From contig JBDRQD010000059.1 in NCBI GenBank assembly GCA_043826455.1, positions 1 to 48,127 of the forward strand: a DNA stretch of 48,127 nt, written 5' to 3'. Within the stretch, counting starts at the first letter, position 1, and each line of letters starts with the position of its first letter. Source of the DNA: Candidatus Bathyarchaeota archaeon (GTDB lineage: Archaea; Thermoproteota; Bathyarchaeia; TCS64). Of this stretch, positions 1-9,341 are shown in pieces. A program made the position numbers and the translations under genes. The notes beneath the pieces are model-generated. The model made no database searches. It worked only from the letters and a program-made list of their open reading frames with translations, and had not been told where the DNA came from.

Positions 1-275
1 GGGAAGATGTCTTTGTAGTGTTGGTGGTATTTTTCTGCGACTTGGGTGGGGGTTTGGCCGAGTTCTTCGGCTTTGATGGTTATGGGTGTGCCGTGGGTGT
101 CGCTTCCGCATACGAAGAGGGTGTCTTGTCCGAGTTTGCGCTGGTATCTGACGTATATGTCGCCTGGGACGTAGGTTCTTAGGTGTGCTATGTGCATGGG
201 TCCGTTTGCGTAGGGTAGGCCGCATGTTACGAGAAGTTTGGAGCCTTTTTTGTTGGCTCTTTGTTGTTTGAGTCT
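1..275 (-). CDS. metG: Methionyl-tRNA synthetase, N-terminal part (runs off window start; start codon unclear)
   Basis: Manual translation: [52 protein letters not shown], the MetRS HIGH-like region and GxDxHG motif. Not in the ORF track. Confidence 0.9.
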
Positions 276-637
276 TTACACCTCGGGTTGTTGTCTGTTT
301 TGGGGTTACTTAAGGTTGATGGGTTTGTGCCTGTTTGTGTGTGTGCGGGTGGGGGGGGAGGGGGGGTCCCATCACCGCCACCGCGATTCCCCGTTTTCAG
401 GCTTTTTTTGTGGTTTGGAGGCTTTTTCCGGGTTGTTTGGCGGTGGTGGTGGTCGGCGGTGTCCGCTGTGGGGCATTGCTTGTTCGGGGGTGGCGTTACG
501 GTTGCGTGGGAGAACGTGGTTTTTCGGTGTTGCATTTAGTTGTGTGTGAGTGCGTTTGAATGTGGGTTTTTTCGTTTATGCGGTCACGTGTAAATATTAA
601 TGTGAGCTTGAAATGCGATCATTGGAGAAAAAGGGTG

Positions 638-1135
638 TTATGGAGATTTTTTACCGTATTTTTCCCAGCTGACGATGGCGTCCAGGCTCTTTCTTTCCTT
701 AGGCGCCGGCGTCTCGTCGGGTACTCCTACGGGTACTACTGCGATGACCTTGAAGTTATCAGGGATGTCTAGAAGTTTCTTTATCATTTCCTCTCTGCCT
801 GTCTGACCCATCCAGCATGTTCCTAGACCCAGGTTTGTCGCTGCCAATACGATGTGTTCGAGGGCTATTCCGAGATCGTTGATGCACCAGTTTGGAGACG
901 CCGCCTGGTCCGCTAGTCCAACGATCATGAGTGGAGCCTCCGCCCACGGCTGTTTAGCCAGTTTTTTGATGGTCTCCTTGTTCTCGACTACTATGAAGTG
1001 CCATGGCTGTCTGTGGCTGGCCGAGGGCGCTATTCGGGCGGCCTCCAGTATCTTGTATATTTTTTCCTTTGGTATGGGGGTGTCTTTGTATTTGCGGATG
1101 CTTCTTCTCTTCTCTAATACTTCTTCGAACTTCAA
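638..1135 (-). CDS. Nitroreductase family protein
   Basis: RRSIRKY, APSASHRQPWHFIVV and GLGTCW motifs; start trimmed to TTG at 1135. Confidence 0.9.
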   Translation of the reverse strand: MKFEEVLEKRRSIRKYKDTPIPKEKIYKILEAARIAPSASHRQPWHFIVVENKETIKKLAKQPWAEAPLMIVGLADQAASPNWCINDLGIALEHIVLAATNLGLGTCWMGQTGREEMIKKLLDIPDNFKVIAVVPVGVPDETPAPKERKSLDAIVSWEKYGKKSP

Positions 1136-1249
1136 TTCGTTCTCCCAGATGAGACGTTGATTGGGATGATATAAAGAGAGTCTTTTACAGCAAGTTAGAC
1201 ACAAGTGTGTGCAATAAGATTAGGCCCATGTAGGTGGGATGCCCACATG

Positions 1250-1265
1250 TTTTTACATGTAAAAA
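1250..1265. promoter_or_regulatory. Perfect 16-bp palindrome TTTTTACATGTAAAAA, possible operator
   Basis: Seen directly, upstream of the nitroreductase. Confidence 0.35.
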
Positions 1266-1373
1266 TAGACGCTCGTGTGTAAGTGTGAGGTGAGAATAAG
1301 CTATAGATGAAGACTCCGTTTTGCCCGCGTAATAGTGTAAATAGGGAGTAGATAATTCTACCACATAATACTT

Positions 1374-2858
1374 TTACTTTAGCCTCATGTCCGAAACAGC
1401 CTTTTGTCCCAGCTCCTTTACTAGGTGATAAACATAGTCTAAATCTGATCGCTTACTCCGATGATTAGTAATGGCTGCACGCAGAGTAAATCGGCCTTTA
1501 ATAACTGTGTCACTTATCATCCAGAACCTGATCCTGTAAATCTCACTAATGATTTTCTTGTTCAGAACACTTAACTCATCCTCAGACAAACCGCCTGGAT
1601 TAAACCGGAAGCAGACAACATTGCTAGCTACAGGGGCAGTTAACTCCATCTCTTGATCCTTTTCAACCAAGTTAGCTAGATAATTAGCCTGATCAAGGTT
1701 CTGCTGAATTAGATGGCTATACTTATTCCGACCGTAGGCTCTTAAAAGCATGTAAGCCTTTAAACTACGCCATTCACGACTGAGGGGCAAAGCCAACGTA
1801 TCTGGACGGATTAACTTTTCATTGAAATCTTTAACAAGGTCTCTACTAGCTTTGATATATTGAGCTTCGTGACCATAAACGAACGTTGAATAATGAGCTA
1901 ACCTGTCACGAACTAAAGCACATCCTATTCCATACGGCATATACATCCATTTGTGAAGGTCAACAGCGACGGAGTCTGCACGCTCTAAACCGTTAGCTAG
2001 ATGTCTATATGTCTTACTTATCTTCACCCAGCTACCGAAAGCCCCATCGATGTGAAACCAAAGATTCTCCATCGCCGCTATATCAGCTAATGCGTTAAGG
2101 TCATCAAACGCCCCTGTGTCAACAGTCCCAGCATTTCCAATTACACAGAAGGGATAATAGCCTGCTTCCCTGTCACTTTTTATTGCCTGCCTCAATGAAT
2201 CTAGATTTATTCTGAAGTCATCCCCAGTTTCGATCCATCGCAGATTCTCACCACCAATCCCAAGTAACTCGACGCTCCTTTCAAGGCAGTGATGTCCTCC
2301 ATCGCTTACATATACTATCATTCTACGAGGGACGCCCTGCATTCCTTTAGCCTTCATATCTACCTCTGCTCGAGCGTTTCGGGCAACGGCGAGTGCTGTA
2401 TAGTTTGCCTCACTTCCTCCACTAACTAGAACTCCACCCCCATCCTTCGGATAACCAAGTAGGTCTATTATCCACTCAATCACTTGTTTATGAGTGTACC
2501 CAGCTACAGTGGGTGTTTCCTCAACTGCATAATTCAATCCAGCAGCCAACATAGAGGCAAGCATGCCATAAGGTGATCCTGTCCCTCCTACTGCTCCCCA
2601 GAAGCGGGGATGAGCGCTACCTGAAATATGAGGTTGGATGTTATTTTGGAAAACCTCATATACGGATTGCTCTCCTTCTCCGTTTTCTGGTAAAGGAGTG
2701 CAGATTTTCTTTATGGTATTTTCTGTTGGAAAAACTTGTGTCTTTTTAGCGATATCCCTTTGGTGATTTATAATATCATCAAGCATACGATGACCAAGTG
2801 ATCTTAATTCATTCCAATCAGATGGATCGAGTGTCTCTTCCTTCCAGTCACTAACCAT
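1374..2858 (-). CDS. PLP-dependent group II decarboxylase (aromatic amino acid/glutamate decarboxylase family)
   Basis: HPRFW, SGGSEAN, HIDGAFG and DLHKW (PLP lysine) motifs; AT-richer than neighbours. Confidence 0.9.
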   Translation of the reverse strand: MVSDWKEETLDPSDWNELRSLGHRMLDDIINHQRDIAKKTQVFPTENTIKKICTPLPENGEGEQSVYEVFQNNIQPHISGSAHPRFWGAVGGTGSPYGMLASMLAAGLNYAVEETPTVAGYTHKQVIEWIIDLLGYPKDGGGVLVSGGSEANYTALAVARNARAEVDMKAKGMQGVPRRMIVYVSDGGHHCLERSVELLGIGGENLRWIETGDDFRINLDSLRQAIKSDREAGYYPFCVIGNAGTVDTGAFDDLNALADIAAMENLWFHIDGAFGSWVKISKTYRHLANGLERADSVAVDLHKWMYMPYGIGCALVRDRLAHYSTFVYGHEAQYIKASRDLVKDFNEKLIRPDTLALPLSREWRSLKAYMLLRAYGRNKYSHLIQQNLDQANYLANLVEKDQEMELTAPVASNVVCFRFNPGGLSEDELSVLNKKIISEIYRIRFWMISDTVIKGRFTLRAAITNHRSKRSDLDYVYHLVKELGQKAVSDMRLK

Positions 2859-2917
2859 TAAGTTACACCTACTCTATCTGTGAGTGTGATTTGAGGATAA
2901 GGTTATGGTGAGCCTGG

Positions 2918-4231
2918 TTAGGGGAGTTTCCTCCCGGCCTTCTTGAAGTACTCCTCGATCTCCTTCTTCTGCTTCTCAGGTATCGTCCTCTCGAAGGGCC
3001 AGGCAGCGGCCTCAGCCACATAACGTCGTAGGAACTCCTCGGCGAAGGCTCCGTGTGTCCTCAACGCCTCGGGGCCAAGCCACTTCTCCTCATCCTCCCT
3101 GCTGTGCATCAACAGGTTCGTGGGCGTGTCCCTGCTAAGTGAAACGCTGGGAACCCCGACGGCGGAGAGAGGTGTCCCGTCCGAGGAGTAGACAGCCTCG
3201 GAGACGTTGAAGACGACCCCCTTCTCCTTGGACAACAGCTTCACGGCTGCGGTAAGCTCGGGTGGGCCGAGAACCTTGGCGCTGTTCGTGCCGATTAGGC
3301 CGCCGTGGACGTCCAGGTTGAGGCAGAGAACCGTGTTATCGAGCTCCGTGGCGGCGTCCTCGTCCGCTTTCTTGTCTGCCTCGCTCGCCTCCCTGAGCTT
3401 CTTCGCGTACTCTCTGCTCCCGAGCAGACCGAGCTCCTCGCAGCCCCAGGCCACGAAGCGCATCGTCCTCTTCGATCCTCGCTCCTTGAAGACACGTGCA
3501 AGCTCCAACGTGATGGCGGTGCCGCCTGCGTTGTCCCCGGCGCCAGAGACCTCTAGGACGGTGTCGTAGTGGCCGCCAACTACTATGATCTCCTCGGGGC
3601 GCAGAGTCCCCCTGATCTCCGCGACCACGTTCTGGGTCCTGATGGTCTTCTCCTCGGTCACCGCTATGAGACGTATGCTCTTGGCCCCGGACTTGACGAG
3701 GTTCACCCCATCCTCGAAGGTGACCCTGACCATGGGTATGTCGACGTACTTCTTCCTGAATGTTGGGCTCCCCCAGAGATTCTTAGCCATCGCCCTGGGC
3801 GTGGACTCGATTATTATCATCCCCGCGGGCTTGTATTTCTTCAGCTGAGCGAAGGCGCGGTCCCTGTTGGCGGGCGACCCGGAGGTGATGATGATCTTCC
3901 CCTCCACATCCGCTGTGATGTACTCCTCGTCATATGAGTCAAGGTGGAGGATGCTTCCCGTCACACCATTTGGGCCTGTGCTGCCCGAGAGCGGCATCAC
4001 CTCACACGGTACTTCCGCCCTGTAAGGCTTTAGCACCTCAAGCTTTTTCGCTTTGACGCTCCCCGTGAATGCGTCGAACTCCTCGATTCTGGCGTCGAGC
4101 CCCAGCCTCTTAAACTCGGATAGTATCCACTCTGCGGATCTCCTCTCCGCGTCTGTTCCGCTGGGCCTCGACCCGATGTCGACAGCAAGCTTCTTCATGT
4201 ACTCGAATGCTTTCTCTCCGCTGATACTCAA
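2918..4231 (-). CDS. M28 family aminopeptidase with PA domain
   Basis: GGHYD, GAGDNAGG, EELGLLGS and NLD zinc-binding motifs. Confidence 0.88.
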   Translation of the reverse strand: MSISGEKAFEYMKKLAVDIGSRPSGTDAERRSAEWILSEFKRLGLDARIEEFDAFTGSVKAKKLEVLKPYRAEVPCEVMPLSGSTGPNGVTGSILHLDSYDEEYITADVEGKIIITSGSPANRDRAFAQLKKYKPAGMIIIESTPRAMAKNLWGSPTFRKKYVDIPMVRVTFEDGVNLVKSGAKSIRLIAVTEEKTIRTQNVVAEIRGTLRPEEIIVVGGHYDTVLEVSGAGDNAGGTAITLELARVFKERGSKRTMRFVAWGCEELGLLGSREYAKKLREASEADKKADEDAATELDNTVLCLNLDVHGGLIGTNSAKVLGPPELTAAVKLLSKEKGVVFNVSEAVYSSDGTPLSAVGVPSVSLSRDTPTNLLMHSREDEEKWLGPEALRTHGAFAEEFLRRYVAEAAAWPFERTIPEKQKKEIEEYFKKAGRKLP

Positions 4232-4315
4232 AATAGGTTCCTCAACCTAGGATGGAGCAATAATTAAATAAAATATGCCTCGCGTGCGCGTGCGATGTTT
4301 AAAGAAAATGGTTTT

Positions 4316-5035
4316 TTAAGAGTTTCTTAAGACGACCCCGTATATTGCATTGACAGGGTCATCAGCTTCTATCATTCTCTCAAGACTCCAACCGGTACCA
4401 GAGATGAAACCTTCAACCTCCTCTGGCTGAGGCATGTATAGATCGAACCAATCACCCTTCAAGTTCTCAAAGTTAACCCTAATTCGAACCAACCCAATCG
4501 GTTTACCACGTTCCCTATTTCTTTGATGATAAGCAAAGTGAATAGGGTTACTGGTTTTCTTTGGGTCTCTACTGGAAGCGAGAAGCAAACCATTATGTCT
4601 AACGACCTTGCTGAGGCTTTGAAGCATTTTCAGGCTACCCTCCAAACCACATAAACCAAGACCATTTCCAAACAGAGTAGCAGTATCAAATGAGTTCTCA
4701 GGGAACTCCAGATTCAATGCATCCATCACCATACAGTTCTTGACACCGAATCGTTTTGATGCCTGTACAGCTAACTCTGAGACATCTATACCAACTGCTT
4801 CTACACTGTTCTCCTGAAAATACTTCATGCATCTTCCACTGCCACACCCTACATCCAAGACCTTACCTTCAACCAGTTTGGCTAATTTCTGCTCTATTAG
4901 GTTCCATTCGTCGTATTCTCTGTAGTATCCTTTGGTCTCGATAGAGTTCAGGTATCCGTCATCACGCTCAAGTATATGCATGCTAGTTGGATCATCGAAG
5001 TAAGTCATCAGGGCTAACCCAAAAGTATCCGCCAT
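4316..5035 (-). CDS. Class I SAM-dependent methyltransferase
   Basis: VLDVGCGSG motif I. Confidence 0.85.
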   Translation of the reverse strand: MADTFGLALMTYFDDPTSMHILERDDGYLNSIETKGYYREYDEWNLIEQKLAKLVEGKVLDVGCGSGRCMKYFQENSVEAVGIDVSELAVQASKRFGVKNCMVMDALNLEFPENSFDTATLFGNGLGLCGLEGSLKMLQSLSKVVRHNGLLLASSRDPKKTSNPIHFAYHQRNRERGKPIGLVRIRVNFENLKGDWFDLYMPQPEEVEGFISGTGWSLERMIEADDPVNAIYGVVLRNS

Positions 5036-5355
5036 TCTATGCCCCCGATACCTTAATGATTTCTATTAAATAAATGGCAAGGAAGACCTTGGGATAACGT
5101 TTGAGATATTTGTTGTTAGAACATAAGATTATGCCCAATTATGCGGATCAAACACCGATTTACATGTGATATGTAATGTAGCGGGTTGAAGGCATTAATG
5201 ACAGCTACGTGGAAGAAGGCGATAATTTTAGGCCGCATTTAGTTGGAACCTGATATTTCAAGCTGAAGTTCTCGCGGCTTCTCGGTTGGTGGTTTTCGGG
5301 GACTCACGGCAAGGTTCAATACAGGCGCGTCCCCTCACACCTTGAGGCACCCCCT

Positions 5356-6051
5356 TTGAGGATATGCATTCTAGGTGGGACCGGCAACATGGGCACGGGC
5401 CTCACCGTCAGGTGGACCCTCAGCCACGACATCTTCATAGGCTCCAGGAGCCGGGAGAGGGCCGGGGAGATGGCTGAGAGGCTCCGGAGGCTGGCTGTGG
5501 GCTTCTACCAGGACCAGATGAGGGGCAGCATCACGGGGCTGGAGAACGCGGACGCCGTGAAGATGGCGGAGGTGGTGGTCGTGTGCTTCCCCCCTGAGGC
5601 CACCATTGAGGCTGTCACCGATCTCTGCGGCCACCTTAGGGAAGGCCAGATTGTGGTGTCCACCGTGGTGCCCATGCGGCGAAGGGACAAGCTATTCTAC
5701 TTCAAGTCGCTGGGGGCTGAGAAGGGTGAGAGGTCCGCCGCTGAAGCCATCCAAGACATAGTTACACCCATCCCCGTGGTCTCGGCCTTCCAGACGGTGC
5801 CCGCCGCCTACCTGAACAACATCGACGCCGTGCTGAACCTGGACGTGCTGCTCGCGGGCAACGACGAGGTGGCCCTCTCCATAGTATCTAGGCTGGTGAG
5901 AGACATAGCAAACCTGAGGCCCCTCAAGGTTGGTCCCCTGGTGAACTCCAAGTTCATCGAGGCCATCACGCCGCTGCTGCTGAACGCCGCGATACTGAAC
6001 GGGCTGCACGACCCTTCGATAAGGATAATCCCCTGGATGCCCACACCCTAA
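5356..6051 (+). CDS. npdG: F420-dependent NADP oxidoreductase family protein
   Basis: GGTGNMG Rossmann motif, IGSRS, SAAE, VVSAFQTVPA, IEAITPLL. Confidence 0.8.
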   Translation: MRICILGGTGNMGTGLTVRWTLSHDIFIGSRSRERAGEMAERLRRLAVGFYQDQMRGSITGLENADAVKMAEVVVVCFPPEATIEAVTDLCGHLREGQIVVSTVVPMRRRDKLFYFKSLGAEKGERSAAEAIQDIVTPIPVVSAFQTVPAAYLNNIDAVLNLDVLLAGNDEVALSIVSRLVRDIANLRPLKVGPLVNSKFIEAITPLLLNAAILNGLHDPSIRIIPWMPTP

Positions 6052-7241
6052 CCTATCAGAGTGAGCGCCAGGAACAGCACCAGGGTCGTCAGCCCGTCGG
6101 AGAGGGACGTCTCTATAGGTATGATGAAGTTGTCCGGGTCCAGCCCATGGTTACGGGTCTCGATGGCCACCGCGAATGTGATGACGGAGATGATGGGCAT
6201 CATCACCAGGTTCATGGATACAGTCCGAGCCAGTATTACTACGAGGTCGCCGCCGAAGGAGGCGTAGGCGATCAACCCATACATTATGAACAGAATCAGT
6301 GAGGCAATCCACGCTGAGACTATCTCGGTCAAGTGGTCCTTGATGCCTGACAGCTCTGCTTTGATGTAGCCTAGGGCCATCTTGGTGGTGGCCGTTGACC
6401 CCACGATGGAGCCCAGGTCCCCCACTGTGTCGATGATGGCTGGGTAGACTAGGTAGACCCCGGGGTGGTCACCTATCTTGTTGGAGATGGAGCCCATGAC
6501 CCTGCCGGTGACGGCCATAATCAGTGACACCACGGCCAGGGTCATGAGGAACTCCCTTATAGTCTCCATGAACTCCTCGTCGTGGAGGCTCTCCACGTAC
6601 TTCGTGTAGGCGTAGTAGCAGAAAACGGCGGAGACAGCCAGGTGAGCCACCAAGCTGAATACAGGGAAACGAATCACACTCCAGAGCACGATCACGTAGC
6701 AACCTGTGATGACGATGTCTGAGAAAGTCGAGACCACAGGGTAGACGAGCTTATCAGGATCTAGACCGCGGTTAAAGGAGAATACGCTGAACCTGTAAGT
6801 GAATGGGGAGATGAGGATTATCGAGAGACCCATAGTGGTGACCATCGTAACGAAAATCCTTGGGACACTGCCTAGCCCTATGTAGCCTGAAAGCAGACAC
6901 GTCACGGAGCCGAGGACGCTCATCACCAGACTGCTCACCAGTGTCAACACAATGATGGAGTTCAGCAGGTTGTAAGCTGATTTGGTGTTGTCCTTGAGGG
7001 TGGGCCTGATGGTGCCCAGGTGGAGGGCTGTACTGATCCTACCGCTGAAGAGCCCGCCCAGGGCGCCCCTCATGCTGAGAATGCCGGGGTAGAGGACGAT
7101 GGCCCAGGAGAACTCAGAGAACAGCCCGTGGGATGAGGCTAGAAGAGCCCCGGCTATCAGTCCCGTGAGGTTGAAGGACAGGGACACCAGTGACTCGTAG
7201 ACCTGCCGCAGCTTCATGGAGCCCATTACTTGGCGGATCAA
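6048..7241 (-). CDS. MgtE/SLC41-type divalent cation transporter (duplicated membrane domain)
   Basis: Two GLDPD motifs, STALHLG, many hydrophobic segments. Confidence 0.85.
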   Translation of the reverse strand: MIRQVMGSMKLRQVYESLVSLSFNLTGLIAGALLASSHGLFSEFSWAIVLYPGILSMRGALGGLFSGRISTALHLGTIRPTLKDNTKSAYNLLNSIIVLTLVSSLVMSVLGSVTCLLSGYIGLGSVPRIFVTMVTTMGLSIILISPFTYRFSVFSFNRGLDPDKLVYPVVSTFSDIVITGCYVIVLWSVIRFPVFSLVAHLAVSAVFCYYAYTKYVESLHDEEFMETIREFLMTLAVVSLIMAVTGRVMGSISNKIGDHPGVYLVYPAIIDTVGDLGSIVGSTATTKMALGYIKAELSGIKDHLTEIVSAWIASLILFIMYGLIAYASFGGDLVVILARTVSMNLVMMPIISVITFAVAIETRNHGLDPDNFIIPIETSLSDGLTTLVLFLALTLIG

Positions 7242-7414
7242 CTTTCACCACCTCGCCACCTCTCATAGCCATTGGATGCCTCGCTCATGCGGGTATAAAT
7301 GTATCGTAAACCCTTGGGTATGAACATCGCTCGTAGCGATTTCCGTATAAGTAGTAATAGGGCAAGTTCATATGGTAGAATCCCTTGGTTTGAGTAGAGA
7401 GGCGGGGGAGAAAA

Positions 7415-7879
7415 GTGACTAGGGTCCAGATATTCAAGGTCAAGAACGTCGACCTGGGCAGCCTCTACAAGAGGCTTAAGAGAAGCATAGAGGACGACAA
7501 CTTCAAGGTCACCAGCGACGTGGTCACGGAGAATGTCTACCACCTGAGGGCGGAGAAGACGGGCCTCAAAAACATCATCATAGGGTCCGTCAGGGACATC
7601 GAGCTAGTCATCGCGGGGGACCCGTCATCCTTCGCTGTGGTGTTCAACGTGGGGGCCTGGGGCCAGAACCTCTCCATAACCGGGTCAGCCGGCTACGTCG
7701 TGGCCACCCTGGTGGAGGGACCCGCACTTGCCTGGGGCGGGATAGCCGCCGCCGGCAGCTACGTCAAGGCTGTGGCCTATGAGCGAGACTTCTGGCAGAC
7801 CATTCTGAACGAGGTGGACTTCCAAGTCAAGTCCGACAAGAAGAAGGATGCGAAGGCTGAGGGCGAAGGGGTGAGGTAA
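7415..7879 (+). CDS. Hypothetical protein, paralog of 7880..8326
   Basis: Colinear similarity (KNVDL, RDIELVIAG, VGAWG, AAAGS); host-like codon usage. Confidence 0.8.
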   Translation: MTRVQIFKVKNVDLGSLYKRLKRSIEDDNFKVTSDVVTENVYHLRAEKTGLKNIIIGSVRDIELVIAGDPSSFAVVFNVGAWGQNLSITGSAGYVVATLVEGPALAWGGIAAAGSYVKAVAYERDFWQTILNEVDFQVKSDKKKDAKAEGEGVR

Positions 7880-8326
7880 ATGACCAAAGTGATGCAGATC
7901 AGGAAGAAGAACGTGGATCTGGCACAGCTATACCAGGATGTTAAGGAGGCCCTCAAGAAGGATAACTACAAGATAACCAAGGACGACGTCACCGGGTTCA
8001 CCTTCCACATGAGAGCCATCAAGACCAACGTCACCCGGATCATCGTGGGGGCAGCCAGGGACATAGAACTCGTCATAGCCGGTGAGCCCAACAACTTCGC
8101 CGTGGCCATCATGGTGGGCGCCTGGGGCAAGAACATAGCCATCTCCTCCGTCACAGGCTTCGTCATAGCCTCCACGGTGGCGGCCCCAGCGCTAGCGGTG
8201 GGCACCCTGGCGGCGGCGGGGAGCTTCCTTACCGCCCGGGCCTTCGAGGACAAGTTCCACAAGGACATCGAGAAACTGGTTGAAGCTCGCTCTATGACTG
8301 AGACAGAGCCTCCAAATCCCTCGTGA
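7880..8326 (+). CDS. Hypothetical protein, paralog of 7415..7879
   Basis: ATG directly abuts the upstream TAA; GGTGAGG SD; shared motifs. Confidence 0.8.
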   Translation: MTKVMQIRKKNVDLAQLYQDVKEALKKDNYKITKDDVTGFTFHMRAIKTNVTRIIVGAARDIELVIAGEPNNFAVAIMVGAWGKNIAISSVTGFVIASTVAAPALAVGTLAAAGSFLTARAFEDKFHKDIEKLVEARSMTETEPPNPS

Positions 8327-9311
8327 AGCTCTTTCTGAGTCTCTCCTTCTCCTCCGCCTGGAGGAAGCTGGTCTCTATGGAGTCCATGCTAACCCTGAAG
8401 AGCTCCTTCAGGGTGAACCCCATGTTTCTGTGAAGCTGAAGATACTCGTTGTTCATGTCGGTGCCGAACATGGGGGGGTCGTCGCTGTTGACGCTAACCC
8501 TGATGCCGTTCTCGATGAACCTGCGTATGGGGTGCCGGCCCCAGGAGGGGACGGCGGCGGTCCTGAGGTTGCTCACGGGGCAGCACTCGATGGCGATGCT
8601 CCTCTCTGCAATGGCCTTCATCAGCCTCGGGTCCCCGCCGGCCGCGACGCCGTGGCCTATTCTTTCAGGTCTAAGCGCTTCTATACACTCCCACATGTAA
8701 TCTGCTCCCGCTCCCTCCCCCTGGTGAGCCACCGTGTGGAGGCCCATCTCCCTGGCCCTCCGGTAGCACTCCCTGTAGGGGGCCGGGGGGTACCCGTGCT
8801 CGCTTCCCCCGGTGTCGATGGCTAGGATGTTGTCGCCCTTAGCTTCTATAAGGTCGAGGGCCTTCATCCCTATCTCCGGACCGTAGTTCCTCACCAGATC
8901 GATCCTTATGGTGCAGGACACGCCCCACTTCCTCTTCGCTTTCCTTATCCCTCTATTGATGGCGTCCACCATCAAGCCGTAGTCCAGGCCCCTGCGGGTG
9001 TGGTCCCAGGCCGAGAAGATGGCCTCCACGTGGCGCACGTTGCAGGCTGCCTGGCTCTCCAGCATCTCGTAGGTGATCCTCTCGAAGTGGCTCTCCTTGG
9101 TGATGGTGTCGTTCACCTTGCCGTAAATCTCTATGAAGTGGGGGAAGTCCCTGTACGTGTAGAACTCCTGCAGGTCCTCCAGGGTCTCGTAGGGGAGCTC
9201 GGAGCCGCTGTCCTCTATGAGCCACAGGAAGGTCTCCGGCTTTATAGAGCCCACAATGTGAACATGCTGCTCCAGCTTGGGCAGGGCCTTTATGGCTTCC
9301 TCGGCCGACAT
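8292..9311 (-). CDS. add: Adenosine deaminase family protein
   Basis: LPKLEQHVH, HQGE, RIGHG, CPVSN and NSDDP motifs. Confidence 0.9.
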   Translation of the reverse strand: MSAEEAIKALPKLEQHVHIVGSIKPETFLWLIEDSGSELPYETLEDLQEFYTYRDFPHFIEIYGKVNDTITKESHFERITYEMLESQAACNVRHVEAIFSAWDHTRRGLDYGLMVDAINRGIRKAKRKWGVSCTIRIDLVRNYGPEIGMKALDLIEAKGDNILAIDTGGSEHGYPPAPYRECYRRAREMGLHTVAHQGEGAGADYMWECIEALRPERIGHGVAAGGDPRLMKAIAERSIAIECCPVSNLRTAAVPSWGRHPIRRFIENGIRVSVNSDDPPMFGTDMNNEYLQLHRNMGFTLKELFRVSMDSIETSFLQAEEKERLRKSFTRDLEALSQS

Positions 9312-9341
9312 AGGAGGGATAACGGTCCAGCGGTTAAAAGC

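Noticed and set aside
227..559. Overlapping ORFs 227..535, 238..549, 261..539, 335..559
   Set aside because: Low-complexity products of the G/T skew, which removes stop codons; no protein motifs.
1135..1374. Possible integron attC (GTTAGAC at 1194)
   Set aside because: No properly oriented partner core site or extended dyad; no integron integrase in the window.
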